This document shows positions 38,275-55,292 of a DNA stretch of 64,000 nt, piece after piece. Below the pieces are notes generated by a model that ran no database searches, was not told the DNA's origin, and was given only the letters and a program-made list of their open reading frames with translations. How positions within the stretch are numbered: the stretch's first letter is position 1; every line of letters starts with the position of its first letter. Origin of the DNA: the human T2T-CHM13v2.0 reference genome, Homo sapiens; assembly GCF_009914755.1 (NCBI RefSeq), contig NC_060933.1. One strand, 5' to 3'. Position numbers and translations under genes: made by a program.

Positions 38275-39335
38275 GTCGAGTGGTGTCAAAGCAGACGTCT
38301 GCTCGGTGTGGCCGTATTTTTGTGAGCGGAGCTGCTTTTGTGAGCGCTGCGTCCCTGCAGCATCTCTGCACTGACGCGTGGAGTCGCCGAGAAGCTGCCT
38401 GGCGGCTCCAGCAGCCTCCACGCCTAGAGGGCTGCGCGTCCGGGATCGCAGCGCCTTAGCGTCTCCTTCCCGCCTCCCTCCGCCCTCCCGCCAGCGAGCG
38501 CGTGGCGCCCCGGAGGTGCAGGGTTGACCAGGGTGCACCCCTCTACTCCTAAGCCAACCTAGGCAGGGCCCTTCCAGTTTCTGCCGCAGCATTTCCAGCC
38601 CCTCGAGCCCCTGCAGCTCCTGAGGGTAGCTCAGCAGCCAGCCCAGCGCACCCTCTTCCGGGGCTAGCGCGCACTCCCTCGGCTCTGCTTGCGGTCCCTC
38701 GGTGTCCTTCTGCCCCTGGCAGAAGCTCTCACACCACCCTCCCTTCATTTCCCCTGCCGGGCGGGGCTCGCTATTCAGCTCCCTGTGCTCAGTCTGACCC
38801 CTCAGCCTGCTGTACCCGCAGGCTCTGCGGAATGAGCCCGGGCCCCAGCCCTTGCCCTCCCGCCCGCCACCACGTCCCTCCTCCCGCCTGGAGCTTCCAG
38901 GGCCCTGCCGCGGGCCCCTGCATCTCCCGCCAGGCCGTCTCTCTCTGCCTCCGTCTCCTGCAGCCCAGCTCCGCCTCATTCTCCATTCCTCGCCCAGAAA
39001 CCTGTACATTCTGTCCGCGGTCGCCGCCTGCGGTTCCTCCACGTCACGCAGGCAGACGCCAGGCTCCGCCAGCTCACAGAACTGCTCTTGCCGAACCCCG
39101 AAGGCCTCCACCTGGTTGACCTTGGCAGCCAGCCCGGCCTTCCTTGGCAGTCAGCCCGGCCCTCCTCGGTCCTGACTTTGGGGCCGCTGCCTCCCGCCAG
39201 CTCTGTCTTCGCCTGGTTTCAGGGCCCGCACCGCCTTTGCCGGTACGGCCTCATGGCCCGACCCCTGGCCTCCAGACCCCAGGATCTCCCCCAACACACC
39301 GGCCCCTGCCCAGGCCACCCGTGTCAGCTCGGGGC
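38275..39335. promoter_or_regulatory. CpG island, probable promoter
   Basis: About 1 kb of GC-rich, non-Alu DNA with dense CpGs and GC boxes (CCCGCCC, GGGCGGGG); flanks are CpG-poor. Confidence 0.85.
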
Positions 39336-39745
39336 ACCTCTATCCTTGCACTTGTTCAGACCTCCAGTGACCTCTGAGTCTTCTCTCCCCCAGTTTTCAC
39401 ATCCCACCCTCCAGCGTCCTCCTTTCTCAAGAAGGATCTAGATTCCAACCCGCTCTCATCCCCCACGGTGCTACCTGCCAGTTCTCTCTGCCTCTAGGGT
39501 GTCCTTGCTTCCCCTCCTGGGCCTGGCTGGGATCCTTGTAATGTGGTGTGTGTGCTCCCGACGGTTGGCTTCCATCTATGAAAAGGCCAACATCAGGAAG
39601 CTGCCTAGGAGGCCGCCTGGCCCACGACCTTTCTAACCCATGTCCACCTACTCCCACCCTCCACCCGGTGATCATGGCCTCCCCTCCCCCCACCCTTCAA
39701 ACCTGCCTCCAGGTCCCCCCCAGGGCCTTTGCACCAGTTAGTCCC

Positions 39746-40152
39746 TGTCTTAGCTCAGGGTGCCGTAACAGAATCCAGACGGGGCAACTTAAACAACAGA
39801 AACGCATTTCTCACAGCTCTGGAGGCTGGAAGTCCAACATCAAGGTGCCTATAGATTCCATGGCTGGTGAGGCTTCTCTCCTTGGCTTGCAGACGGTCTC
39901 CTTCTGGCTGTGTCCTCTCATGGGAGAGGGGAGAGGGGAGGGAGAGAGGGAGACAGAGGGAGCGGGGGAGGGGAGATATCCCTAGCGCTTCTTCCTGTTC
40001 CTATAAGGACACAGTTCTATTGGATCAGAGCCCACCCTATGACCTCACTTAACCTTTATTACCTCCTTATAGGTTCTGCCTCCAAATGCAGTCACACTAG
40101 GGGTTAGAGCTTCAACATACAAATTTTGTGAGGACACAGTTTAGTCCATAAC
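39746..40152 (-). mobile_element. MLT1A-type LTR
   Basis: TGTCTTAGCTCAGGGTGCCGTAACAGAAT...CTCACAGCTCTGGAGGCTGGAAGTCC...TTAGTCCATAAC. Confidence 0.85.
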
Positions 40153-41639
40153 TTTCCCTCTGCCCAGGTGGCTCTCCCTTGAATATCTGCAAGGCTGACC
40201 TGTCCACCCCTTGAACTAGGCCGTATGTCGCTGGAGTCCTCTTTACTACAACCACCTGGAGTTGGGGAAGTAGCCATCATGTAGGAAAAATTAGCCTGTG
40301 ATTGTTGGTGGATGCTGGGTAGTATAAAACAGAGGTAAAACCAACAACAACAGACTAAAAAGCCCAGATGGCCACAAGTTCAGTTGCCATTTGTAGCAGG
40401 AGATGGACATTGGTGCATCCACCCGACACCACATTTCCAAGGATGCTGCATTCCCAAGTGAGCTGCCAGACCAAAATACAGACGGTGCTGATTTAAACAT
40501 CTGTGATGAAGCAGTGAGCAGTTACACATGGCGAGAAGGAGGAAGGTTAAGGAGCTTTGAGAGGAAGACTTCTGTAGGCAGCCGTGTGCTGTGAGCCCCT
40601 CCTCCTGCCTTGTCAAGGGCTTGGGTAGGGGGAGCTTGTCTTCTTGCCTCAGGCTCGGTGAAGTTCAGCTCAACTGAACCTCTGGAGTTTGGGGGATGCA
40701 ATGGCTGGGGGATAACTCCTGCCCAGGGAAACACAGAGGGCAAAACAGATGGGCTGGCAAACTGCTCCTTGGTGGGAAGGTGTGTGGGGAGGTGTTTCTA
40801 GGCACCAGTATGAGCCAGCTTACTTCTGGATCCATGTGAATGACATTTCTTTTTTCCCTTTGCTTCATCCCTCCACGTGCTCCAACCTGGGGGACCATGG
40901 AGCACTGTTGGCAGGTGAGCAGAGAAGGAACCAGGAAAGAGAAAAGGACCACATGAGGCCTTTCCAAAATCACTGTTTTGGAGAATGATTTATGTACAAG
41001 TTGCACCTATTTTAAGTGTGCAGTTGCTAAGTTTTGACGAATATGCACCACCAGAGAGGAAATTCAGAATGTTTTCATTGCCCCAGAAAGCTCCCTGGTC
41101 CTCTGCAGTCATACAGGATGCCCACAGGCCACCACATGCTGTTACTAAGGTGTGCAAAATGCCATTGCCTCCCTCTAATTTCAGTGTGCTTTCTTTGTTT
41201 TACTTTATCCGGGTCAAAAAAAACCTTGGGGCTGGAGGTGAGCAACTTTCAATTAGACCTGAGCCCTCCTACCATATTTTCCTTCCCTGAGGCCCCATGG
41301 ACCTTCTTGGGACTTGTGTATTCTCTGCAGGAAGGGGACATATTGGGTTAGTTACCGTGTGTCCCACAGCCTGGCTCTGAACTTGGTGCTTAGCAGGGAA
41401 ACTCAAACTAAGGTACAGACAAAACACCTCGACAGGCAGAGGAGGAAGCAATATCCAAGTTGTCAGGGAGAGGAGAGGGTTGGTTTGTAAAGGACTAGTC
41501 TATACACCTTAGAAAGTGACCCCAGCAAATGTGAGAAAAACATTGTAGAGTCACTGTTTTTAAGAGCTGCAAAACCAGCTGGGCACGTTGGTTCACGCCT
41601 ATAATCCCAGCACTTTGGTAGGCCAAGGCGGGCGGATCA

Positions 41640-41959
<320 letters not shown>

Positions 41960-42802
41960 TTATTCATTTAATTCACTAAACAATAAATAATTACGGAGAA
42001 TCTACTTCATGTTGGGTGCTGTTTTAAACATATGTGATCAAGCGGCGAGCAGATACACCTGGTGCCTGCCTTTATGAAGCTCGTAGTCTGATGAGGTTAT
42101 TGATAGTAAACAAATTTCCATGGATATCCGTCAGTTTCCCCTCACATTCAGTGGCTTAAATCCACCACCGTTTTATTGTTGTACATGATTCTGTGTGTCA
42201 TCTGGGCTGGAAGGGCCTTCCAGGCTGGGTCAGCTTGCGTGGTCTCTGCTCAGCTCTCTCCTCTGTCCCTGGTCAGTTAAGGAGTGGGCTGGCGCTGGCT
42301 GTTGGAGGATGGCCTTACACATGTGTCTGCCAGTCAGCAGGTCTTCTGCCAGGGAGCCTTAGCTCTTCTGCACATGACCTTCCAGCGTTCAGAAAGCTGA
42401 TTAGGATTTGGTGGTCTTGGGCTTCCAGTCATAGCAAGAGAGTAGGCCCTGATGGACAAGCACTTTTCAGATTTCCTCTTGTATTCATGTTTGTGAATGA
42501 CCCATTGGGCAAAGCAAATCACACCGCCGACTCCCATGCGTAGACTCTACCTCTTGATGGTGCGATCTGTAAGGTCACATTACGGGGGGGCTCCTACTTA
42601 CTCTGGGGCATAGAGAAGCCTCCCATGTGCAAGTGGTATGAGTAGGAGGTTTCTGGGTGAAGGTTAGTGGGATCTGCAAAAAAGAGCATTTGAGGCAGAG
42701 GGACCAGAATGTGCAAAGGCCCTGAGGCACTAGAGGGCACCCAGCACTCAGGAAGATAATGAAGCCCAGGGTCAGGAAACTAGATATATCACCAGGGACT
42801 AA

Positions 42803-43263
<461 letters not shown>

Positions 43264-43691
43264 TGAGCAGTGCATAAGGTCATGTGCAGGGTGAGCAGTG
43301 AGGAGGATATCAAGTTGGTCCAGGTGGGAGAGGATGGTTTGGAACAGGTGGGAGAGAAGAAAAGAAGCAGTCCCAGAGATGCTCAGGAGGTCAAATGAAG
43401 AACATGTATGAGACACTCGGCAGTTTTTAAAAATGGCCACAAATTCTTTGCAGCCCCTCCCATCAGGTGGGGAGTGGTAGGGGGTGTTCCCATCCTTTTT
43501 ATTTGGGCAGGCTGCTCTGACCAACAGAATATGGCAGAGGTGACCCTATTTGTGATATTATGATTTCATATATTATATATATATATACACACACACACAT
43601 ATGTATACATATGAGTCCTAAACCAATATATATACACATATATATATACATACATGCACACATACATGTGTATATATGTGTGTGTGTGTCC

Positions 43692-44935
<1,244 letters not shown>

Positions 44936-45480
44936 ATGGGATTTCTGATTCTGGACCATAGAAGACCACGCAGCTTCTGCCTTCATTATCAGACACTCAC
45001 TCTCACAGCCGTGGGTCCCTGTGTAAGAAGAATCCACATCCACCTGAGGTAGCCATGCTGGCAGGAAGTCCAAGCTTCACAGAGAAGCCACACGTCAGAG
45101 CTCCAGTCCTAGCTCCATCCAGCATGTGGATGGGTTCTTGCTCACCTTCCTGTCAGCCTCCACGCGTTCAGCTCTCTGGAGGTAAGTTCTCCAAACTCTG
45201 TCCTTTTGGGTTTTTATGGAGGACTCATTTCCTAGGATGATTGACAGCCATGTAGAAATGTGATGGGACAAAAAGCACATGATGTAAACCTGGCAAGTCC
45301 TAGATGAGTTCAGCCTTCAAGTCAAAGCTTCACTCACTTCTTCAAGTGAATAAAGAAGCCTCTGGTGATTCCAGCCCCTGCCATTGGAGTCCTTTTACCT
45401 GTGATCCCAGACCTTGTAGGGCAGACAAGCTGTCCTCTCGGGGCCTGTTCAAAGTCCTGACCTGAGAATCCAGATAGCAT

Positions 45481-46250
<770 letters not shown>

Positions 46251-46302
46251 GCATAATAAAATGGATGTTGTTTTACGCCACTGATTTTTTTAAAACTTTT
46301 AG

Positions 46303-46437
<135 letters not shown>

Positions 46438-46705
46438 TAGAGGCACATGCCATCTCAACCAATATATATATTTGTATTCTTTGCAGCAGGGACAAAGATA
46501 AAGATACGAGAGGTGTTGGGGTGAGTTGCAGAGAAGAAGGCAATAAGTTCTATGGTCTCGTTTCCTGTCTGTTAAAATGGTTTTCGTGAAGGAGGTAAGA
46601 TGTCAAGAATGACGTGTGAGACACTGGGAGCTCCTTTCTGGCTGGCAGTCAGTTGGAGCAGGGATTGGAAATGTGAGTGGACTAACCCTCCTGAATGGTG
46701 ATGAT

Positions 46706-47331
46706 GTGCCTGGGAAAGGGTCCTGATCCAGACCCCAAGAGAGGGTTCTTGGATCTCATGCAAGAAAGAATTTGGGGTGAGTCCATAAAGTGAAAGCCAG
46801 TGTATTAAGAAAGTAAAGGAATGAAAGAACAATGACTCCATAGGCAGAGCAGCCCCAAAGGCTACTGCTTGGCTATTTTTATAGTTATTTCTTGATTGTA
46901 TGCTAAACAAGGGGTGACTTATTCTTGGGTTTTCGGGAAAAAGGGGTGAGCAATTCCTGGAACTGGGAGTTTCTCCCTTTTTTAGACCATATAGGGTAAC
47001 TTCCAGATGTTGCCATGGCATTTGTAAACTGTTGTGGTGCTGGTGGGAGTGTCTTTTAGCATGCTTATGTATTATTATTAGCACATAATGAGCAGTGAGG
47101 ACAACCAGAGGTCACTTTCATCACCACCTTGGTTTTGGTAGGATTTGGCCAGCTTCTTTACCACAGCCTTTCATCAGCAAGGTCTTTGTGATCTGTATCT
47201 TGTGCTGACCTCCTGTCTCTCCTGTAACTTAGAATGCCTAACCTCCTGGGAATGCAGCCCAGTGGATCTCAGCCTTATTTTATCTAGCCCCTATTCAAGA
47301 TGGAGTTGTTCTGGTTCAAATGCCTCTGACA
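46706..47331 (-). mobile_element. MER51-family solo LTR
   Basis: GGAAAAGGGTCCTGATCCAGACCCCAAGAGAGGGTTCTTGG...CCTCTGACA; paralogous to 9187-9737. Confidence 0.85.
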
Positions 47332-48436
47332 ATGAGAGGGCAGATGGGGGCTGGAGGAGACCAAACCCCAGCAGCCGGGGTGTCCAAGGCCATTGGCTCT
47401 CGTCCCACCGAGCACTGGGTGGAAGTTGAGTCTATACTGGAGAGTACGATAGTGTATCTAGATCAAAGTGCTTTGAGTTCAGAACGAGGAAAAAGAGCCT
47501 TATGAAAAACGATGGGACTTAATTATTTTTCTGGACTATTTATCCTTCGTTTGTCTTTCTACATAAAGACAAATTCCAAAGAATATTCATTGATTCATTG
47601 ATTTAAATAATTTTCTAGTGGGAAATTCAGCACTTAGTTTCTAGAGGAATGAAAGGTACATGCCTGAAAGGACTTCTCTCTCGTTAAAAAGTGTGATTAG
47701 GGGATTACCCAGAATGCTCTGCGTTGCATTTCCCTGTGGCTTTCATTACAGCCGCTCCTTCCTCAGCAGGTTCCATAATTATACAAATGTCTTAGCATTT
47801 CAAGTGTTTCATTATTCATTTGTTGCTCACCAAGATCACCTAAGGCCTATTCAGCTGCAGAGATGACTCGCTCAATTCACTGGCTGTGGGTTTAATTTTT
47901 GATTTGGGTCTTTTATGTTTCGTAGGAAAGATGAAAATGAAAGATAGCATTTTATGCTTGCAGACTTAGCTTTTATTCTTTATAGTCTTTATATGTGATC
48001 CTACAGACTGTTCAGTGCTTGATTCTAGTTGTACTTGCTTGCAAATGGTAGGCCCCATCATTGTAAGCAATTTTGTCTACTTGAAATATCTAATTTACTG
48101 TCATTCCTTCATCTAAGCAACAGTCTCTTCCCCATCCTTTGGGTCTCAAGGCCATGGTACCATCTGCTTCTTCTATTTAATCATTCTGTAATAAAATGTT
48201 CAGTGAAACTCATTTCGGAATCCCAATTTTGAATAACAAATGTTATTTATTTATTTATTTATTTTTTGAGACGGAGTTTCGCTCTTGTTTCCCAAGCTGG
48301 AGTGCAATGGCACAATCTCGGCTCACCACAACCTCCATCTCCCGGATTCAAGCAATTCTCCTGCCTCAGACTCCTGAGTAGCTGGGATTACAGGCATGCG
48401 CCACCACACCCAGCTAATTTTGTATTTTTAGTATAG

Positions 48437-48574
<138 letters not shown>

Positions 48575-48854
48575 CTAAAAAAATTTATACGGTGCTTCTC
48601 AGCGATATGTATATGGAGGAATGATTCAGTCATGTGAAACAGATAAAAGAGATAAATCCTTTTGACAAACAACAAGAAGCTAACATCTTTTCAGTGGTTT
48701 AATTAATCATTTGGCTGTTTTAATTGTCATTTAGAAGAGTTCAGAAATTCAAATACTTATGGAGTCAAGCAAATATAAATGTGTGTTGTGCTGGGATATA
48801 TAAAACAATAAGAATGAAGTGAAACACACTTATAATCGCACCACATTTTTCGAA

Positions 48855-50100
48855 AATTAACCTTTTATTTAGAGAAAATTGTGTACTCACTTGCAGTTTT
48901 AAGAAATAATACAGAGAGATCCTGAGTATCCTTCACTGAGTTTCTCCCAATGGTAACATCTTGTAAAACAAGTATCACGGTAGGATGTTGATGCTGGCAT
49001 AGTCAAGATACAGAACATTCCCAGCACTCCAGGGATCCCTCATATTAATCATTTTTGGCCCCTGGCTTTCCCATCCCAACCCTAACCCTGGGCAATCACT
49101 AATCTTCACTAGATTATTCCCCATTTCTATAATTTTGTAATTTCATTTTTTCTTTCTTAATTTTGTAATTTTGAGAATGATATATAAACAATCATATAGT
49201 ACGTTACCTGTGGCTTTTTTTTTTTTACACTCAGTGTAACTGCCTTGTGATTCATACAAGTTGTTGCATGAATAGTTTGTTGATTGCTGAGAAGTAGTCC
49301 ATGATATGGATGTACCAGAGCTTGTTTAACCATTCATCCAATGAAAAACCTCTGGTTTGCTTCTAGTTTTCGGTTGTTACAAATAAAGCTGCTCTGAGCA
49401 TTCACATATAGGCTGTTTTTTTTTTTTTTGAGACAGAGTTTCGCTCTGTCAGCCTGGCCAGAGTGCAGTGGCACGATCTTGGCTCACTGCAACCTCCGCC
49501 TCCCAGGTTCAAGCGATTCTCCTGCCTTAGACCCCCCAAATAGGTAGGATTACAGGCGCCCACCACCACACCCAGCTAATTTTTGTGTTTTTATTAGAGA
49601 CCAGGGTTTCATCATGTTGGGCAGGCTGGTCTTGAACTCCTGATCCCAAGTGATCTACCCACCTCGGCCTCCCAAACTGCTGGGATTACAGGTGTGAACC
49701 ACTGAATTCGGCCACATATAGGTTTTTGTATGAACATAAATCTTCATATTTCTAGGATAAATACCCCAGAGTTTACTTGCTTGTTTGTAGATTAGTTGCA
49801 TGCTCAGTTTTGTGAGAAACTGTCAAAAAACTTGGCCGAAACTATCCTGAGTGGCTGTCCCACTTTGCCTTCCCAGCAGCAGTGTGTGAGTGATCTGTTT
49901 TCCCAGCATTTTCACTGGCATTTGGTGCTGCCACTGTTTTGTATTTCAGTCATCCTGTTAGGAGTGTAGTGATATCTCATTTTGCTTACTTTACATTTCC
50001 CTAATGGCTAATGGTGCTGAGAGTCTTTTCCTGTGCCTGTCTGCCGTCTGTAGATTTTCAGTGAAATGTCAGCTCATGTCTTTTCCCACGTTCTGGTTAC
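48855..50100 (-). mobile_element. Old L1M (L1MB-like) 3' fragment with an Alu
   Basis: AAGAAATAATACAGAGAGATCC...AAATAAAGCTGCT...CCCAGCAGCAGTGTGTGAG...ATTTCCCTAATGGCTAATG. Confidence 0.75.
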
Positions 50101-51166
50101 TCCATCTTTTAAAACAAGGAAAAGAAGAGGGTGGCACTTTGTGGTTTGTGAAGAGCCTGCCACATAGATGACCATCTCACAGTGACTAAAAACCACGAAA
50201 GCTTTTCTCTTTGAAGAGTTTTACCATGGCCTAGTGAATTGCCAATGCACTCAATTTAGTAATCACTGACATGCGCCCAGAGACAAAAGTAGTCCTTGTC
50301 TGCTGTCGACTGATGGACTCTGAAATCTAAGGTCGGGATCTCTCATAGCAAAGAAACAGAAAACACATTTGCTTTTATCCAGCTCTGTCCATGTCCTTCT
50401 TTCTGTAACCAGGCAGGGAGACCCCTGGGAGCTGTGAGAGGCAGAAGGAGATGAGGGAGCACATAGGCTCCAAATCCCTTCTCTTCCTCTTTCACACTTA
50501 AATTTTCACTTAGTTTTTTCTTTTTTCTTTTTTTTTTTCTCTCCCCATTTCTTGAAAGTTTCACTTCAATCCAGAGTGGTTACACAAGTAAGAATTCCCT
50601 GGTTTGGACCCCAAATCTGTATCTTTAGCAAGCATCCCAGGCCATTCTTATCTTCTGCTAAGCTTGGGAAACAGTACCTCATTCTGCTGTTTCTGAGCTA
50701 TAATAAGGTAGGTTCTTTGGGAGATGGGCTATCAGGCCTCTGAAGTGTCCATCAGTGCCATTTAGTGCACACACTGTGGCCTGGTGTCCCAAGGTTAATG
50801 CCTGTGACCATGTCTATCAGCTCCTCTGTTAAAGTGTCCTGTTGTGATGTTCACGAACATTCTCAGAAGAGAGGTAGGAACAAGTCTTTTTCAATCGCAC
50901 ATGTCTGACTCATCTCATAGAGTTAAACTTTCTGCTTCCTTCCTCCTAATCAGGTTATGCACATAATAGGCTTTGTTAATTTAGAAATGTTAAATAACAT
51001 TTCTAAAATAATTCTGCCCTGTGCCTTAGAAATACATTCTCAAAACAAAGGTGAATGGTCACTTGAAGTCCTAACCAGCTGAATGCACTAGCAAAACCTG
51101 TTAATGCTCTGCTGGGGTCAATTCTCATCATAGGCAGGTTTCGCTTGTTTGTTTGTTTGTTTTTGA

Positions 51167-51274
<108 letters not shown>

Positions 51275-52370
51275 TAGCTGGGATTACAGGTGTGCACCAC
51301 CGCACCTGGGCTAATTTCTTGTATTTTTAGTAGAAACCGGGTTTTACCATGTTGACCAGGCTGATCCCGAACTCCCGGCATCAAGTGATCTGCCCACCTC
51401 GGCCTCCCAAAATGCTGGGATTACAGGCGTGAGCCTCCGCGCCCAGCCATCATAGGCAGTTTTAATGTCTGCCTTGAAGGGCCTGAGACAATAGCAATTT
51501 CACCCCCACCTCATGTTTTCCCATCAGGGCCTGGAGAAGGGCCCTGTTGGTGGCAGGCACAGCCAAGGACCCAGCTTTCCTATTTCTAAACTGAGAGATT
51601 TTGAATTGCTTCCTCCCTCTCTCAGTTGGTACACAACAATTCAGATAAGAGCTCCCTAGAATACAGAACCCAAATAAGCCACAAGGGCTTGTCCAAATTG
51701 CTGTGTGTCGTGGTCAGACAAGAACCCTGAGTTGAAAGGACTTTTCCAGACACATTCTTCAGTCCTCCAGAGTAAGTGTCCTCCCGTCCAGGTGCCTGTT
51801 CTCATGGCTCAAGGGGAAGGGACGAAGCATTCAACAGTCTTGTTTCTGGATGGGGACTGGGAATTTCCCCTCTATATCCCATGTCACTCAAACTATATGC
51901 AACGTGCTTCAAGCTGTCTTTCTCTGCCAGCAGCAGGTCCCCTCCCACTGTGGGAGTCTGCACGAAGGAGGGGACGCACTGCGTAGTGACAGAAAATCCG
52001 GGTAAGAAAAGATGACTGTGCAGGGAGAGGACTGGGGTCACAGGCTCCTTGAGAAGCATCAAGCTTATACTTTAGTAAAAAGCATTAAAGGTAAGTCACT
52101 GGAGAAACCAGGAATCCTAAACCGCTTTGCCTGCCTGCCAGCAGCCCTCACCTGCTGTGGGGTGCCGAGTCAGGGAGCAGCATCGAGACTTCAGAAGCCC
52201 ATCGTGAAAATCCAGAGTGTTTTTATTGCCTCCTTGCCTGCATTTAAAACCAATCTATCCCCATCAAAATGGTGTTCAGGGCCTCCCATAGACCAGGAGG
52301 AATGCTCTGGCTGTTATGTCAACATTGTCCTTAGGCCTGTGAGGGTTGATCATCCCAACTGGGTCATTCT

Positions 52371-52798
52371 TGTCCTACCAAACTAAAGCAGAGATAAGAA
52401 GCGAGAAGCCAGTGGTTGGAGGGCAGGGGGGTGTGGGACAGGGCTGTGGGAAAAGCGCTCAGGGACCAAAACATTGCTCCCAGGGTGTCATCCTTTGCGA
52501 GTCTCGCTGCTGGAACTGCTTGTTGAAATCTGAAACCAGTTTTATCTCTAGCTTCTGAGATAACTTGCTGCAACTCTAGGACTAATTTTTCCCATTGCCA
52601 TTGCTCAACAATCAGAGCTTGCCAGCTCTCCAGGAGCTTCCCAGTGTCAATGAACTTTCTCAAAGAACAATACGTAACATTGCGGAGCGTACCAGAGACC
52701 ACCTGTTCTGTGTGTATGCCCCGAATTGTGATTCTCTCTTCCCAAATGAAACATTAAATTTAGATATTTGGGTCTACATTTATATTTTGACTTTGACA
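52371..52798 (+). mobile_element. MER34-like LTR
   Basis: TGAAACCAGTTTTATCT...TTGCTGCAACTCTAGGACTAAT...GACTTTGACA. Confidence 0.55.
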
Positions 52799-52868
52799 GG
52801 CTCTATGTATTTTACATTGTTACCATTCCATATCGATTCCTCTGTTTAAATTTTTTTTAAAAAACTCA

Positions 52869-53208
<340 letters not shown>

Positions 53209-53269
53209 CTAGTCACGGTGGCTCATGCCTGTAATCCCAGCACTTTGGGAGGCTGAGGTGGGCGGATCA

Positions 53270-53515
<246 letters not shown>

Positions 53516-54124
53516 TTAGTAGCGTGATCTAAAAATGAGTCACTAATTCAAAATTGAATCCTCCTGAGATAATGCCTGCCAGGTGCTTAGAAGAGTGCCC
53601 AGGGTATATCAGGCACAAAGGGCTTACCAGCCATGGAGACTGTTAGGTTTCCAGATTATGAGGATGCCCATTGTAATTTTCACATTTGCTACAAGAGGTT
53701 GTCATGTGAACCTCACCTCGCCCCACGCAAACGTTGTTTAGCTATCAGCTAAGTGGACAATCACAACTCCATTAATATGATATGAATGGAAACCTTTCCA
53801 TTTTAGTTACCATTTTGATTCTTCTGTCCAGTTTTTCTGTGTTAAACATATTATAAATATGAGCCTGTTTTCTAAATCTCAAAGCATATCTAAAATTCTC
53901 TTTTCTTTGAAGGGTATGAAATTCTAATCAGTTTTGGGAATTTGCTCATGTTGTCATTTATTTCACAAATACCTTCTCTGGAAAAGCCACTTTGTGTGGT
54001 TCTGATTTCTCTCTCTCTTTTCTAAATGTCTTTGATAAATTTAAGCATGTTTTTGTAGTCAGCCATTTCAAATAGTAAGCAAGGAATGAATTAAACACAC
54101 ACACATACTTTATTCTCTCAATCA

Positions 54125-54457
54125 CAGGTCAGCAAATTTTTTCCATGAAAGGCCAGATAGTAAATATTTTAAGCTTTGCAAACCTCTATCACAACTACTC
54201 AACCTTGTTATTACAGTGGGAAAACAGCCCTAGACCAGTCCTGAATGAACGAGCATGGCTGTGTTCCAATAAAACTTTATTTTGGACATTTATTACAGTC
54301 ACTAAAACTTGAACTTCACATACTTTTCACATGTCACTAAATATTCTTCTTCTCCCCACTGTCCTGCCCCCCCAGGCATTAAAAAATGTAAAAAAAACTA
54401 TTTCTAGCTTATAGGTGGCATAAAAGAGGTGGTGGACTGTAGTTTGCTGCCTTCTGC
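54125..54457 (+). mobile_element. MER58-type hAT DNA transposon
   Basis: GTCAGCAAATTTTTTCCATGAAAGGCCAGATAGTAAATATTTTA...GGCTGTGTTCCAATAAAACTTTATT...TGTAGTTTGCTG. Confidence 0.85.
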
Positions 54458-54767
54458 TGTAAACTGTCGATGATTATGACCAATAAATTATTACTAATCG
54501 TTTTAGTGCTGTCACTAACAGTAAGCAGATGCCCACACAGCTAGATGACTTAGAGAAAGGGCCCCAGTGCTGAGGACATTTCCTCTCAACAAAGCCAGAC
54601 AATTGAAAAATAGAAATTTTGATTAAAAATCTATTTTCTTCGGTTCCAATGATCTCTGTTTGTGGCTAGCTCCTGTTTGATTTCTGATCAGTAGTCTGGG
54701 ATGGGCTATCTTACATGAACTTCCTGATGATCAGGAGATCTCTTTTTCTCTTCTGTATTCCTCATAT

Positions 54768-55292
54768 TGAAACTGCCTCCCGCACTCCCCCCACGCCCCC
54801 CCCACCCCTCCGCAATTTTGTAAAATCAATTAAGAAAAAAGAAAATAAAATCCAACTAGGCTTGAAACAGCCATCTTTAGGTCGGCTTGCCCTTTGGCCC
54901 GCTTCTGGGTTGCCGTTCTGTGGATAAAGTCTGAGGCGCTGTGAGGCCATCAGCTTTCTGTTCGAGCTGCTTCTTCAGGTTCTGCTCAGCGACAGACACC
55001 AGCTGGTGTGGAGGGCCCAGGAGGAAGCTGGCTCAGGAAGGAATGCAGTTTCCACATCCTGATGATTTCATCCCCTCACCCAGACCAACTGACCATCCAA
55101 ATTTCCCAGCCCCTCACCTCCACAAATCCCCTTAAAAACCTTTGCCCAGAACCCCTCAATGAAATGAGAGGCTTGAGAACTACCCCCCTTTCCTCACTGA
55201 GCACTAGTGATGACGAAACTGTTCTCTGCTGCAGCCCTCTACAGCTGTGTTTGTCTGTTGCACAGCAGACATGTGACCTGGGCACCATCTCA
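54768..55292 (+). mobile_element. MER4-group (LTR26/LTR8-like) LTR
   Basis: TGAAACTGCC...GATGATTTCATCCCC...CCCCTTAAAAACC. Confidence 0.55.

Noticed and set aside
38254-39111. 285-aa ORF as a standalone intact gene
   Set aside because: It starts at GTG in GC-rich DNA where long ORFs arise easily. It is better explained as a relic first exon reading through into an intron
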